A stretch of 64,000 nt of DNA from a virus. Lineage: Duplodnaviria > Caudoviricetes. This document shows, in pieces, positions 9,463 to 18,141 of the stretch. How positions within the stretch are numbered: the first letter of the stretch is position 1; each line of letters opens with the position of its first letter. The DNA lies in IMG/VR virus record IMGVR_UViG_3300047160_010816, positions 1 through 64,000 of that record; one strand, written 5' to 3'. Position numbers and translations under genes: made by a program. Below the pieces are notes generated by a model. It was not told the origin of the DNA. It saw nothing but the letters and a program-made list of their open reading frames with translations, and did not search any database.

Positions 9463-9812
9463 GGGAGCGTCTGGGCAAGCACCTTCATGAGGTCATGGGC
9501 TGGCCCGGCCCGCTGACCTGGCGGCAGTTCACGGCCTGGCGGGCCTGGTCCGCGGAGGAGTGGAACCGGCCCGACCGCCACGACCACTACCTGATGCAGG
9601 CGGCGGCGGCCTTCGGCGGCGGCCAGATCGACAAGTACCGGCTGAAGTTCCGCTCCGCCGGGGACAAGCCCCCCGTGACGGACGTGAAGACGGCGACGCG
9701 CATGGCCCAGTCCCGGATGCTGTCCACATTCCGGCGGGGTAACGTCCACGTCGCCGGTCTGGAGGACGCTCTACGGGGCGGCCGAGCCGAGCCGGGGGAG
9801 GCGGGAGAGTAA
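9423..9812 (+). CDS. gpT-like C-terminal part of the G-T frameshift product
   Basis: -1 frame ORF KKRARAYDAFLRLGERLG...; ends 5 nt before the tape measure gene. Confidence 0.7.
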   Translation, partial: KKRARAYDAFLRLGERLGKHLHEVMGWPGPLTWRQFTAWRAWSAEEWNRPDRHDHYLMQAAAAFGGGQIDKYRLKFRSAGDKPPVTDVKTATRMAQSRMLSTFRRGNVHVAGLEDALRGGRAEPGEAGE

Positions 9813-9816
9813 GCGA

Positions 9817-12800
9817 GTGGCGACCACGACCGAGCTTGAGAACCTGCTCGTCCGCCTGACCGGTGACGGCTCTTCCTACCAGCGCATGCTGGAGCAAGCC
9901 CAGGAGAGCACCGTCCGGACCGGTGCCACCATCGAGTCCGAGACGCGGCGGATCGAGGGATTCATGTCCTCCCTCCAGTCCTTCGGGCAGGGGGTGGCCC
10001 AGTCGCTGGCCTTCCTCGGCATCGCCACCGCCCTGACCGGGGCGCTGCACGCCTTCGAGGATTTCGAGAAGGGGCAGATACGCCTCCGGGCCATCATCGA
10101 CGACGGCAGGCGGTCCGTGAACGCCACGATGGAGAGCTACCGCCAGTTCGTTGATTCCATCACCGACGTGACCTCCGCCACCAAGGAGCAGGTCACGCAC
10201 ATGTTGACCCAGCTGGAGATCTACGGCAAGACGGAGGACCAGGCCAAGAAGCTCGTGGCCCAGTCGCTGGCCCTGTCGGCGGCCCTCGGCATCTCGGCCG
10301 AACACGCCATGATGGCGGCGCGGGCGATGGACGAAGGGCAAATCTTCTACGCCCGCTCCATCCTCCACATGCGCGGGGTCAAGGACGCGGCCCAGGTCGT
10401 GGCCAAGTGGCAGGACGTGATCGCCAAGGGGTTCAAGATTCAGGCGGCCCTGACCGAGACGGCCAGCTTCCAGTGGGAACGACTCCAGAAGGTCACCCGT
10501 GAGCTAACGGTCCAGATGGGCGGGCTCATGGCGGAGGGGCTGGCCCCGGTCGTCAAGGCGCTGGCCAGTACCATCGACTGGTTCCGCAACCTCGACCCGA
10601 CCGTCCGCAAGGCCACCGCCGCCGTCCTGACCTTCGTGGTCGCGGCCACCGGCTTCGGCACTCTCAAGGGGCTGATGAGCACCCCGGTCGGCAGCGTCAT
10701 CAGCGCCGCCCTGGCCGGCCCCGCCACCGTCCTCCGCGGCATCCTGGGCTCCATCCCGAGCCTATGGTCAACCATCGGCACCACCGCGTCGGTGGCCGCC
10801 CGGACTGCCGCCTCGGCCCTCCTGTTCGTCATCAACCCGGTCCGGGTCCTGTCGGCCCTCCTGTCGGGTCTGCTCCTAACCACGCGGACACTGGCCACCC
10901 TGGTCGGCTTCGCCTTCAGCCCCGTCACTGTGGGAGCAATAGCCGCCGGCGTGGCCCTGGCCGGGCTGGTCAAGCAGGCCGGCGGTCTGGCGGAGGTCTG
11001 GAAGGGCATCAAGGACGCCGGCACCGCCGCCTGGGAGTGGTTGGCCCCCGTCCGGGCCGCCCTTGCCCAGCTGTTCGGCACGCTCAAGGACCTCGGCTCG
11101 ACCGCCTTCTCCGCCCTCGGCGACGCCGCCGGCAAGGTCTGGTCGGCCCTCTCGGGTGGGGGTAAGCTCGACCTCTCGACCGTCCAGCGCTCACTAGTCA
11201 TGGCCATCCTGACCGTGGAGAACTGGGTCAAGCAGGCCGCCGCCGCCCTTGCTCCTCTGTGGCAGGCCGTGGCCGACGGGGCGGTCAAGGCGGCCACCGT
11301 GGTCCGGCAGACCTGGGACGCCGTCTGGCCACAGATCGTCGCCGCCGCCAAGGCTGCCATCCCCTACCTGGTCGGCATCTGGGACAGCATCAAGCTGGCC
11401 GCCTCTGCCCTGTGGGACTGGGTAACGGCCACCGCGCCGATCGTCTGGAACGCGGTCGCGGACGCCGTCAACATGGCCACCGCCGCCGTCGGCGGTTTCC
11501 TGGACAAGAACGAAGGAGCAATCGCCTCCCTGGTCAAGCTGACCGTGGCCGCCGCGGGGGTCTACGCCGCCTTCAAGATCGCCCAGGCGGCCGTGGCCGG
11601 GGTCGTCTTCGTCTTCGGCCTGCTGGAGGCCGCCTACACGGCCCTCCACGTCCAGCAGGTCATCAGCACCATCGCCTGGGCCGCCTGGACCGCGGCCGTG
11701 GGCATCGCCGAAGGGGTCGTGCTCCTCTTCAATATCCAGCTGGCCATCTGGAAGGGCCTGTTCGCCGCCGGCATCTTCCTCATGGGGCTGTGGACGGGGG
11801 CCTCCGTGACCGCCTCCCTCGCCACGGCCGGACTGACCGGGGCCATCGCCCTGCTGGAGGCGGTCCTGACCCCGGCCGTTGTTATCGGCTTCGCCGCCGC
11901 CGTGCTCGCCTTCGCCGGTACGCTGGCCGCGGCCGGGATCGCCGCCGGGGCACTCTACGTCGCCCTCAAGGTCGTCTGGGATACCGCCCAGAACCTCCGC
12001 GCCGCCTTCTCCGGACTGACGGAAGCCGGGGGAGCGATGGATCGTATCACGGGGGTCCTGGCCGAGTGGTGGGCCATCATCCAGGAAGTGGTCAAGGCCC
12101 TGTCGGTGGATGCCTCGCTCGCCTGGGAACTGTTTGCGGCCGGGGCGCGGCTGGCCCTGTCCCAGATAGCCGACCTGTGGCCGCCCGTCTGGAATCTCAT
12201 CAAGGTCGGCTTTGAGCAAGCCTGGAACGTGGTCTGGGCCACGGCCAGGGAGTCCGCCATCGAAGGCATGGCCCAGGTCGGGGCCGCCATCGTCAACGCC
12301 CATACCTGGGCCTTCCGCCAGGTGCTGGACGCCACGGTCAAGTTCTACAACATGCTCGGCCGCGGCATCGGCGACCTCGGCACCGCACTCGGCAAGGCGT
12401 TCAAACTCCCGTTCACCATAACCCTGGCCGACATCCAGAAGGCGGTCACCGAGAACTTCGCCGACACCCTCGACAACATCCTGAGCATCGCGGAGAAAGC
12501 CCTGTTGTTCATCAACCCGGCGATGGCCGTGACCCTCATGGGGGCGAGATCGGCAGCCAAGAATGCCGCCAGTGCCGCCGCGGCGGTCTACGACGATGCG
12601 ATCAAGGCCGCCCAGGACAAGGACCTTAACGCCCTCGGCAAGGCCGTCAGGATAGCCCTGGCCCCGGCCTACGCTGCACTGAACGAGGTGGACAAGGCGA
12701 CCGCCGACTGGCTGAGTGGGGTGTCAGACAGGTCGAGGGAGGCCCAGGCAAAAGTCGTCAAGTCGGCCAGTGATGCCATCAACGAGGCCCTCCGCGGCGT

Positions 12801-13311
12801 CGCCAACGTGCCCGAGAGTGAAGCCACCAAGCAGGCGCGGAAGGACCTGGAGCACCTCCGGGCTGTCGTTGACCAGGTCCAGAACGCTATCGCCTCCGGA
12901 CTGGGGGACAAGGAAATACTACCCAAGCTCGACATCGAGAAGTGGATGAAGCAGATACGCGAGGCCCTCGATAAGGCCGGCCTCAAGGCGGAGGACTGGG
13001 CCAAGAAGGGCGGGGAGGCGGCCAAGGCGTTCGGTCGCGGCATGCACGGTGCGAAGATCGAGGCGGCCGAGTCCCTGTCGGCGGAGGCCATTACCCGCAT
13101 GGAGCATCAGGCGGCGGCCTTTCGCATGGAGACGGGGGAGGGCGGAGGACCGCCGGGAGGTGTCCAGGCGGCCGAGTCCGGCAAAGCGGAGGCGATCCAG
13201 AGGCAGGAGAAGCAGCAGGCCGCCCTCGACAAAATGGTGGCCCGTCTGGACACCCTGGTTGACCAGGGTAAGGGGGCGAAACTGGAAGTGGCACCGGCGA
13301 TGTTGGTCTGA
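9817..13311 (+). CDS. Tape measure protein
   Basis: 1164 aa, Ala-rich, periodic Trp/Phe repeats; N-terminal LLVRLTGDGSSY. Confidence 0.9.
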   Translation: MATTTELENLLVRLTGDGSSYQRMLEQAQESTVRTGATIESETRRIEGFMSSLQSFGQGVAQSLAFLGIATALTGALHAFEDFEKGQIRLRAIIDDGRRSVNATMESYRQFVDSITDVTSATKEQVTHMLTQLEIYGKTEDQAKKLVAQSLALSAALGISAEHAMMAARAMDEGQIFYARSILHMRGVKDAAQVVAKWQDVIAKGFKIQAALTETASFQWERLQKVTRELTVQMGGLMAEGLAPVVKALASTIDWFRNLDPTVRKATAAVLTFVVAATGFGTLKGLMSTPVGSVISAALAGPATVLRGILGSIPSLWSTIGTTASVAARTAASALLFVINPVRVLSALLSGLLLTTRTLATLVGFAFSPVTVGAIAAGVALAGLVKQAGGLAEVWKGIKDAGTAAWEWLAPVRAALAQLFGTLKDLGSTAFSALGDAAGKVWSALSGGGKLDLSTVQRSLVMAILTVENWVKQAAAALAPLWQAVADGAVKAATVVRQTWDAVWPQIVAAAKAAIPYLVGIWDSIKLAASALWDWVTATAPIVWNAVADAVNMATAAVGGFLDKNEGAIASLVKLTVAAAGVYAAFKIAQAAVAGVVFVFGLLEAAYTALHVQQVISTIAWAAWTAAVGIAEGVVLLFNIQLAIWKGLFAAGIFLMGLWTGASVTASLATAGLTGAIALLEAVLTPAVVIGFAAAVLAFAGTLAAAGIAAGALYVALKVVWDTAQNLRAAFSGLTEAGGAMDRITGVLAEWWAIIQEVVKALSVDASLAWELFAAGARLALSQIADLWPPVWNLIKVGFEQAWNVVWATARESAIEGMAQVGAAIVNAHTWAFRQVLDATVKFYNMLGRGIGDLGTALGKAFKLPFTITLADIQKAVTENFADTLDNILSIAEKALLFINPAMAVTLMGARSAAKNAASAAAAVYDDAIKAAQDKDLNALGKAVRIALAPAYAALNEVDKATADWLSGVSDRSREAQAKVVKSASDAINEALRGVANVPESEATKQARKDLEHLRAVVDQVQNAIASGLGDKEILPKLDIEKWMKQIREALDKAGLKAEDWAKKGGEAAKAFGRGMHGAKIEAAESLSAEAITRMEHQAAAFRMETGEGGGPPGGVQAAESGKAEAIQRQEKQQAALDKMVARLDTLVDQGKGAKLEVAPAMLV

Positions 13312-13331
13312 CGGGGATAGGTAGGAGGAGA

Positions 13332-13394
13332 GGGCGGGGGGCCAGCAGTCTATTACACGGTCTCACGTAGCAAAGCGCCGGCTGCTCCCCGCCC
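13332..13394 (-). ncRNA. Solo TIGR-like guide unit U1, antisense to the tail operon
   Basis: Minus strand AGCCGGCG-ctttgctacg-TGAGACCG-tgtaatagac-TGCTGGCC within an outer GGGCGGGG/CCCCGCCC stem. Confidence 0.8.
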
Positions 13395-13400
13395 GACTCT

Positions 13401-13430
13401 ATTATACCGTACCGGAGGGGTATGTCGCAA
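13401..13430 (-). promoter_or_regulatory. Sigma70-like promoter for U1
   Basis: TTGCGA-18-TATAAT on the minus strand; the -10 box ends 6 nt before the outer stem. Confidence 0.6.
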
Positions 13431-14836
13431 TGACCACAGCATTAGCAGGTCCCAGGACCTGGTCGATGGAGCGCGACGACGGCTCGAACCGCGAGTATAA
13501 ATTGATGCTGCGCGTCATTTCCGACTCGCCCTACGACGGTCCGGCCACCGTCCTCCAGACGCCGGGGCTGCCGACCTGGGGAGCAATCTGGGCAGTAGAC
13601 GATGATCTCGATGAATGGGCGTGGTGTCGCTGGAATGCTTCGATTAAGCCCGTCATTACAGGAGAGCCCAACTACCAATGGGACTGCGAATTTACCTTCT
13701 CCACGAAACCTCCTGATCTGAAATATTGTAAGGACTCACAAATTGAAGACCCGCTCCTCATCCCCCCGCGAGTGTCGGGCAACTTCAGCAAGGAAAAGGA
13801 AGAAGCAGTCTACGACCGTTTCGGCAAGCGCATCAAGAACAGTGCCTTCGAGCAGATACGAGGAGCAAAGGTAGAGTTCGACAAAAATAACTGGGCCGTA
13901 AAAATTGAAATGAACGTCGCCCTGCTCGACCTCTCTCTCATTACCTCAATGAAGGACTGCGTCAACAAATACCCGATGTGGGATTTACCGCCGCGGACCA
14001 TCAAGTTCGCCACCTTCTCGTGGGAACGAAAATTCTACGGCCTCTGCTATGTCTACTACGTGGTGAACTACGAATTTGAGATACGGTTCGACCCGGACAA
14101 CAAGAAGGGGACCGTCTCCGGCTGGGACAAGGATTTAATGGACGAGGGTCACAAGGTCCTTAACGGCCACTGGGGCGTCAAGACCCGGCTCCTCCCGGGT
14201 AGCACTACAGATTTCGAGCGGCAGGACCAGTGGTACATCGACGACATCGGGGATGGCATCAAGGCCATCCCGAGTAACCCGCGCCACTTCATCGAGTTCA
14301 TCGACCGCCAGGGCAACAAAGGCAGCGTAATCCTGAAGAACGGTAAACCGGCCGGGGCGCTGGTCCAGGGGGCCACCACCTTCATCACACAAGAGGGGTA
14401 CAACCCCGTCGTCGGTAATACCTTCCTGCCCATCCTTAACCAGCCGCCCCTGCCGACCGACCCGACCTCCCCGTACTCCGCCAGCGGCGGGCTCCCGCTG
14501 GAGATCATCTTCCAGGACCCGAACATGATCACAACGGATGGGTTCGTCCTCATCAAGGGCCTGGACGAGAAGGGGGTGCCGGCCACCGAGGGCCTGGTCC
14601 TGGCCGATAACACGACTGGGGTGCCGATGTCCAATGCCCCCCTCGACTGGGAGACAGAGACCCTCTTTTCCCACGTGGATTCAATCGAGGTCGTAGGCTT
14701 TGACTTTGAGGGGGTCGCGACATTGCCGGTCCTGTGGGTCCAGACTCCCTACCGATTCGAGGACGCCGGCAACATCCACGTGGAGAAGTATGACGAGGCC
14801 GACTTCACCCTGCTGGGGATACCCCTCGACTTCTAA
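13430..14836 (+). CDS. Distal tail/hub-like protein (hypothetical)
   Basis: 468 aa immediately after the tape measure gene. Confidence 0.5.
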   Translation: MTTALAGPRTWSMERDDGSNREYKLMLRVISDSPYDGPATVLQTPGLPTWGAIWAVDDDLDEWAWCRWNASIKPVITGEPNYQWDCEFTFSTKPPDLKYCKDSQIEDPLLIPPRVSGNFSKEKEEAVYDRFGKRIKNSAFEQIRGAKVEFDKNNWAVKIEMNVALLDLSLITSMKDCVNKYPMWDLPPRTIKFATFSWERKFYGLCYVYYVVNYEFEIRFDPDNKKGTVSGWDKDLMDEGHKVLNGHWGVKTRLLPGSTTDFERQDQWYIDDIGDGIKAIPSNPRHFIEFIDRQGNKGSVILKNGKPAGALVQGATTFITQEGYNPVVGNTFLPILNQPPLPTDPTSPYSASGGLPLEIIFQDPNMITTDGFVLIKGLDEKGVPATEGLVLADNTTGVPMSNAPLDWETETLFSHVDSIEVVGFDFEGVATLPVLWVQTPYRFEDAGNIHVEKYDEADFTLLGIPLDF

Positions 14837-14850
14837 GGAGGAGCAAAGCC

Positions 14851-15288
14851 ATGTCCAGAGAAGCGAACGTGCAGTCGGGCCTCCAGATCCGTAAGGGGGC
14901 GCTCCTCTACCAGGGCCAGCCCACGGGCGGGTCGGTGGACGTGGTCACGGCCACACCGATGGGGCCGACGCCTGGATCGGTCCTGGTCGCCACCACGGGG
15001 ACCAACATCAGCCTGACCCAGCTGACCGCGATGGGAGGGCTGTGTCGCATCCAGAACCAGGACTCCAACAACCCGGTCAGCTGGGGCATCCACGACCCCG
15101 GCACCGGCGACACCTTCATGGTCGGCGACTGCCTGCCCGGCGATCCGCCGTTCGTCTTCCGGCTGAGCCGGTTCCTCGGTCAGTACTTCCCCTCGGTCGG
15201 CACCGGCCCGGCCGGCTCGGGGGCCGCCCTGCGGTTCTACGCCACCGACTCGCCGTGCAAGGTCCTGGTGGAGGCATTCGATCCGTAA
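14851..15288 (+). CDS. Hypothetical tail-module protein
   Basis: GGAGCAA RBS; beta-rich. Confidence 0.55.
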   Translation: MSREANVQSGLQIRKGALLYQGQPTGGSVDVVTATPMGPTPGSVLVATTGTNISLTQLTAMGGLCRIQNQDSNNPVSWGIHDPGTGDTFMVGDCLPGDPPFVFRLSRFLGQYFPSVGTGPAGSGAALRFYATDSPCKVLVEAFDP

Positions 15289-15335
15289 CAGCAACGCCCG
15301 ACCCTGTCCAACCTTCTGCCCTGGAGGAGCAAGAC

Positions 15336-15887
15336 ATGGCAGAGCACGACCCCTATGAAGAAATACCCCGACTGGAGCCCACCCCGCCGCCGCGCATCAA
15401 CGGACCCCCGCCCAAGGTGCTCCTCCATAAGCCGTCGTCGCGGATAACGGTGGTGGAGACCGTCTACCACCAGCAGTCCGGCGGCCAGCCGACCGCGGTC
15501 GTCAACCGCCACGGCCGCCCCCTCGACACCGACGAGGCCCCCTACACCCGCCAGGTCAACCTGACGGAGGAGTGGCAGGCCCTCGACCTCGGCTGGCTGG
15601 AGGGCAACGTCGGCATGCTGGTCCTGTCCAACGAGGAAGGCAAGGGCTACACGGTCAACCCGCCCAGGTCCGAGCTGGAGGACGTGCGCCGGCGGATCGT
15701 CGAGGTCACCTACGAGTGGCCGTCCGGACCCCGCGACATGCACAGCCCGCCCAAGGTGGCGTTGGCCCCCGAGTGGTACGTCTTCCCGGGGGAGAGTATG
15801 CGGGCGACGCCGGCCCACGCCGACCTCCTGCGGTTGCGTAGCCAACACGTCAAGGCCAGGGTGCTGCTGACCCTCTTCCCCAGGTGA
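15336..15887 (+). CDS. Hypothetical tail-module protein
   Basis: GAGGAGCAAGAC-ATG start; GC3-biased codons. Confidence 0.55.
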   Translation: MAEHDPYEEIPRLEPTPPPRINGPPPKVLLHKPSSRITVVETVYHQQSGGQPTAVVNRHGRPLDTDEAPYTRQVNLTEEWQALDLGWLEGNVGMLVLSNEEGKGYTVNPPRSELEDVRRRIVEVTYEWPSGPRDMHSPPKVALAPEWYVFPGESMRATPAHADLLRLRSQHVKARVLLTLFPR

Positions 15888-15906
15888 GTACGGAGACGGA
15901 GTAGCG

Positions 15907-18105
15907 ATGAGCAAGGGCTACTACCTGACCGAAGCGGACGTTGCCGCGGTCAAGGAACTCCTGAAGCAGAGCCGCGATAGGCAGCTGCGGACTCTGCGCC
16001 GGCCGGATGTGCCCGACGAGAAGGGGCCGGCTGCCGACATCTACATCGCCCTGACGCCGGACAGCGGCATCCCGGCCCTGGCCCACGGCGGCCCCAACGC
16101 CATCGGCACCGGCAGCGCCGACCAGCCCGGCTCGGCCCTGTGCTACATCGCCCGTATCATCGTTGACAGTCAGACCGGTAAGCCCGGCCTCCACCCCCTC
16201 GACCCGGCATTCCGGGAGGTCTATAACCTCACTGACAGGATAGTGCCCGGCTCCTGCTGGATACTGGTCGAGCGCGACAACTTCGGCTACTGGATCTTCG
16301 CCCAGCTGGGGGCCTGCCTCCCCACGACCACCACGCATACGACCGGCACCACCGTCACCCGCTGCGCCGGCCAGTGCCAGTGGCTGTGCGTGGATGACGG
16401 CTCGGGTAACGGCACCCGCGAGTGGATGCTCCAGGCCGACGGCTGCTTCGAGGAGGCGGGGACCTCCCCAATAGTCGGCACCGGCAGCGAGGTCACCCTC
16501 TGCCAGTGCAACGAACCGACCTACTGCTGCGGGACGTGCGGCAACCCCGACGAGATCACCTTCACCTCCTGCACGACCGGCGACCCCATCGGTCAGCCCG
16601 ATTGCTCGGGGACCACGGCGACGACGGGGAGCACCGAATCGACCGGCTCAACTGCCTCCACCTCCGAGACTACTCCGACCTCGTCCGCTGACTGCCCTGG
16701 CTGCCACTGGCTGTGCACCCTCTGCTACTCTGCTACTGGGTTCTGCTGGATACGCGACCCGGCCTACGCCATCGGGATAAACAGCACGTTCATCGACGGC
16801 TGTAACCTCAACGGTGTCATCCCTCCGCCGTGCGATCCTTGCCGGGTTCCGCTATCGAGCTGCACCGGACCGTCCGATTGTGGCAACAAGGCGTATACCT
16901 CGTGCGCCGTGACGGTCACGACTCAGACTACGATATTCTGCCTCAATCAGTGCACCTGGATATGGGACCCGTTCGCAACGCCGACGCCGCGGTGGTACAT
17001 CACGCCACCGATCTACCCGTGCAACCCCCCGAACATAGCGCCAACTTTCTGCGCCTGCGACTACCCTTCGGTGGACGGTGCGGTCTGCGCCCAGCTGACT
17101 ATAACGCCGTGCGTCTTCCATATCTCGACTACGGCCAGCACGGGTAGCACCGGCTCGACCGGACCGACTAGCCCCACGACCGGTTACACGACGGGGACCG
17201 TCATCGGCTGCACCGGCCACTGTCGCTGGTCCTGGAGCGTGGAGCTGGACGACTGGACCCTGGTCTGCACCGATTGCCCGGCCTACTGCGTCTGCCCCAG
17301 CGCGCCCCTGACCGATGGCCTGGTGGACGGCCAGACTCAGCTGATGCCGTGCGCCACGAGCGGGTCATCCACTTCCAGCAGTAGCTCCTCCTCGTCGACC
17401 ACCACCGGCTCGACCAGCGCGACCACGACCTCGACCCCATGCGGGACGTGCACCTGGATGTGCGTCGGCAGCCCCCTCCACTGGGTCGTCGCCGGCGGCA
17501 CCTGTTCGGGGACGTGCATCTGTATCCCGCCCACGGTGGCCTGCTCCTTCACCGACCAGTCCGCCACCGTCCCCTGCGGGCACACGACCGGTACGACGGC
17601 CAGCACGACCGCCTCGACGCCGACCACCTGCGGCACGACCACCTGCACGGCCACGCTGACCTCCCACACCGGAACCGACTGCGGGGTCTGCTTCTACCAG
17701 GCATGCGGCGTTACTCTGGTTAACTGCGTGGTCACCGGCTCCTGGAGCCTACTGGCCGCCGGCTGCCTTGACCTGACCAACTGCTCGTGCAGTTACCCGC
17801 CGTGTCCGCCGCCCTTGACCAACGAGGGAGCACCCTGCGTCGGCACGAATACCCTCTGCGCCGGCACGCCGAGCACGTCCACGCCGACCACGGCCAGCAC
17901 GAGCAGCAGTACGACGACATCCCTGAACACCAGCTGCACGTGTCTGTGGTTCTGCCACTTCCTAGGCGGCAGCAGTTACGGCTGGGTAGTGAACCAGGAC
18001 TATTGCAGTTCGTTTCCCGTCTGCGGTGGCCCGTGCGCCTTTCCCAGCGGCTCGTGCGGTTCGGGTCAGGTGGGGCAATTCGAGACCACGGGGTGCATCA
18101 TGTAA
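15907..18105 (+). CDS. Cys-rich modular protein with Thr/Ser linkers (candidate tail fibre or receptor-binding protein)
   Basis: About 7 C-x-(G)-x-C-x-W...W...C...CxC..P modules separated by T/S-rich linkers; last gene of the tail module. Confidence 0.7.
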   Translation: MSKGYYLTEADVAAVKELLKQSRDRQLRTLRRPDVPDEKGPAADIYIALTPDSGIPALAHGGPNAIGTGSADQPGSALCYIARIIVDSQTGKPGLHPLDPAFREVYNLTDRIVPGSCWILVERDNFGYWIFAQLGACLPTTTTHTTGTTVTRCAGQCQWLCVDDGSGNGTREWMLQADGCFEEAGTSPIVGTGSEVTLCQCNEPTYCCGTCGNPDEITFTSCTTGDPIGQPDCSGTTATTGSTESTGSTASTSETTPTSSADCPGCHWLCTLCYSATGFCWIRDPAYAIGINSTFIDGCNLNGVIPPPCDPCRVPLSSCTGPSDCGNKAYTSCAVTVTTQTTIFCLNQCTWIWDPFATPTPRWYITPPIYPCNPPNIAPTFCACDYPSVDGAVCAQLTITPCVFHISTTASTGSTGSTGPTSPTTGYTTGTVIGCTGHCRWSWSVELDDWTLVCTDCPAYCVCPSAPLTDGLVDGQTQLMPCATSGSSTSSSSSSSSTTTGSTSATTTSTPCGTCTWMCVGSPLHWVVAGGTCSGTCICIPPTVACSFTDQSATVPCGHTTGTTASTTASTPTTCGTTTCTATLTSHTGTDCGVCFYQACGVTLVNCVVTGSWSLLAAGCLDLTNCSCSYPPCPPPLTNEGAPCVGTNTLCAGTPSTSTPTTASTSSSTTTSLNTSCTCLWFCHFLGGSSYGWVVNQDYCSSFPVCGGPCAFPSGSCGSGQVGQFETTGCIM

Positions 18106-18141
18106 CTTCGCCCTTATCCTTAGGAGCAAGAGGAAGGAGCT

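Noticed and set aside
13397-13406. U1 spacer B revcomp resembles its own -10 region (8/10)
   Set aside because: Spacer A has no adjacent match; AT-rich coincidence is plausible
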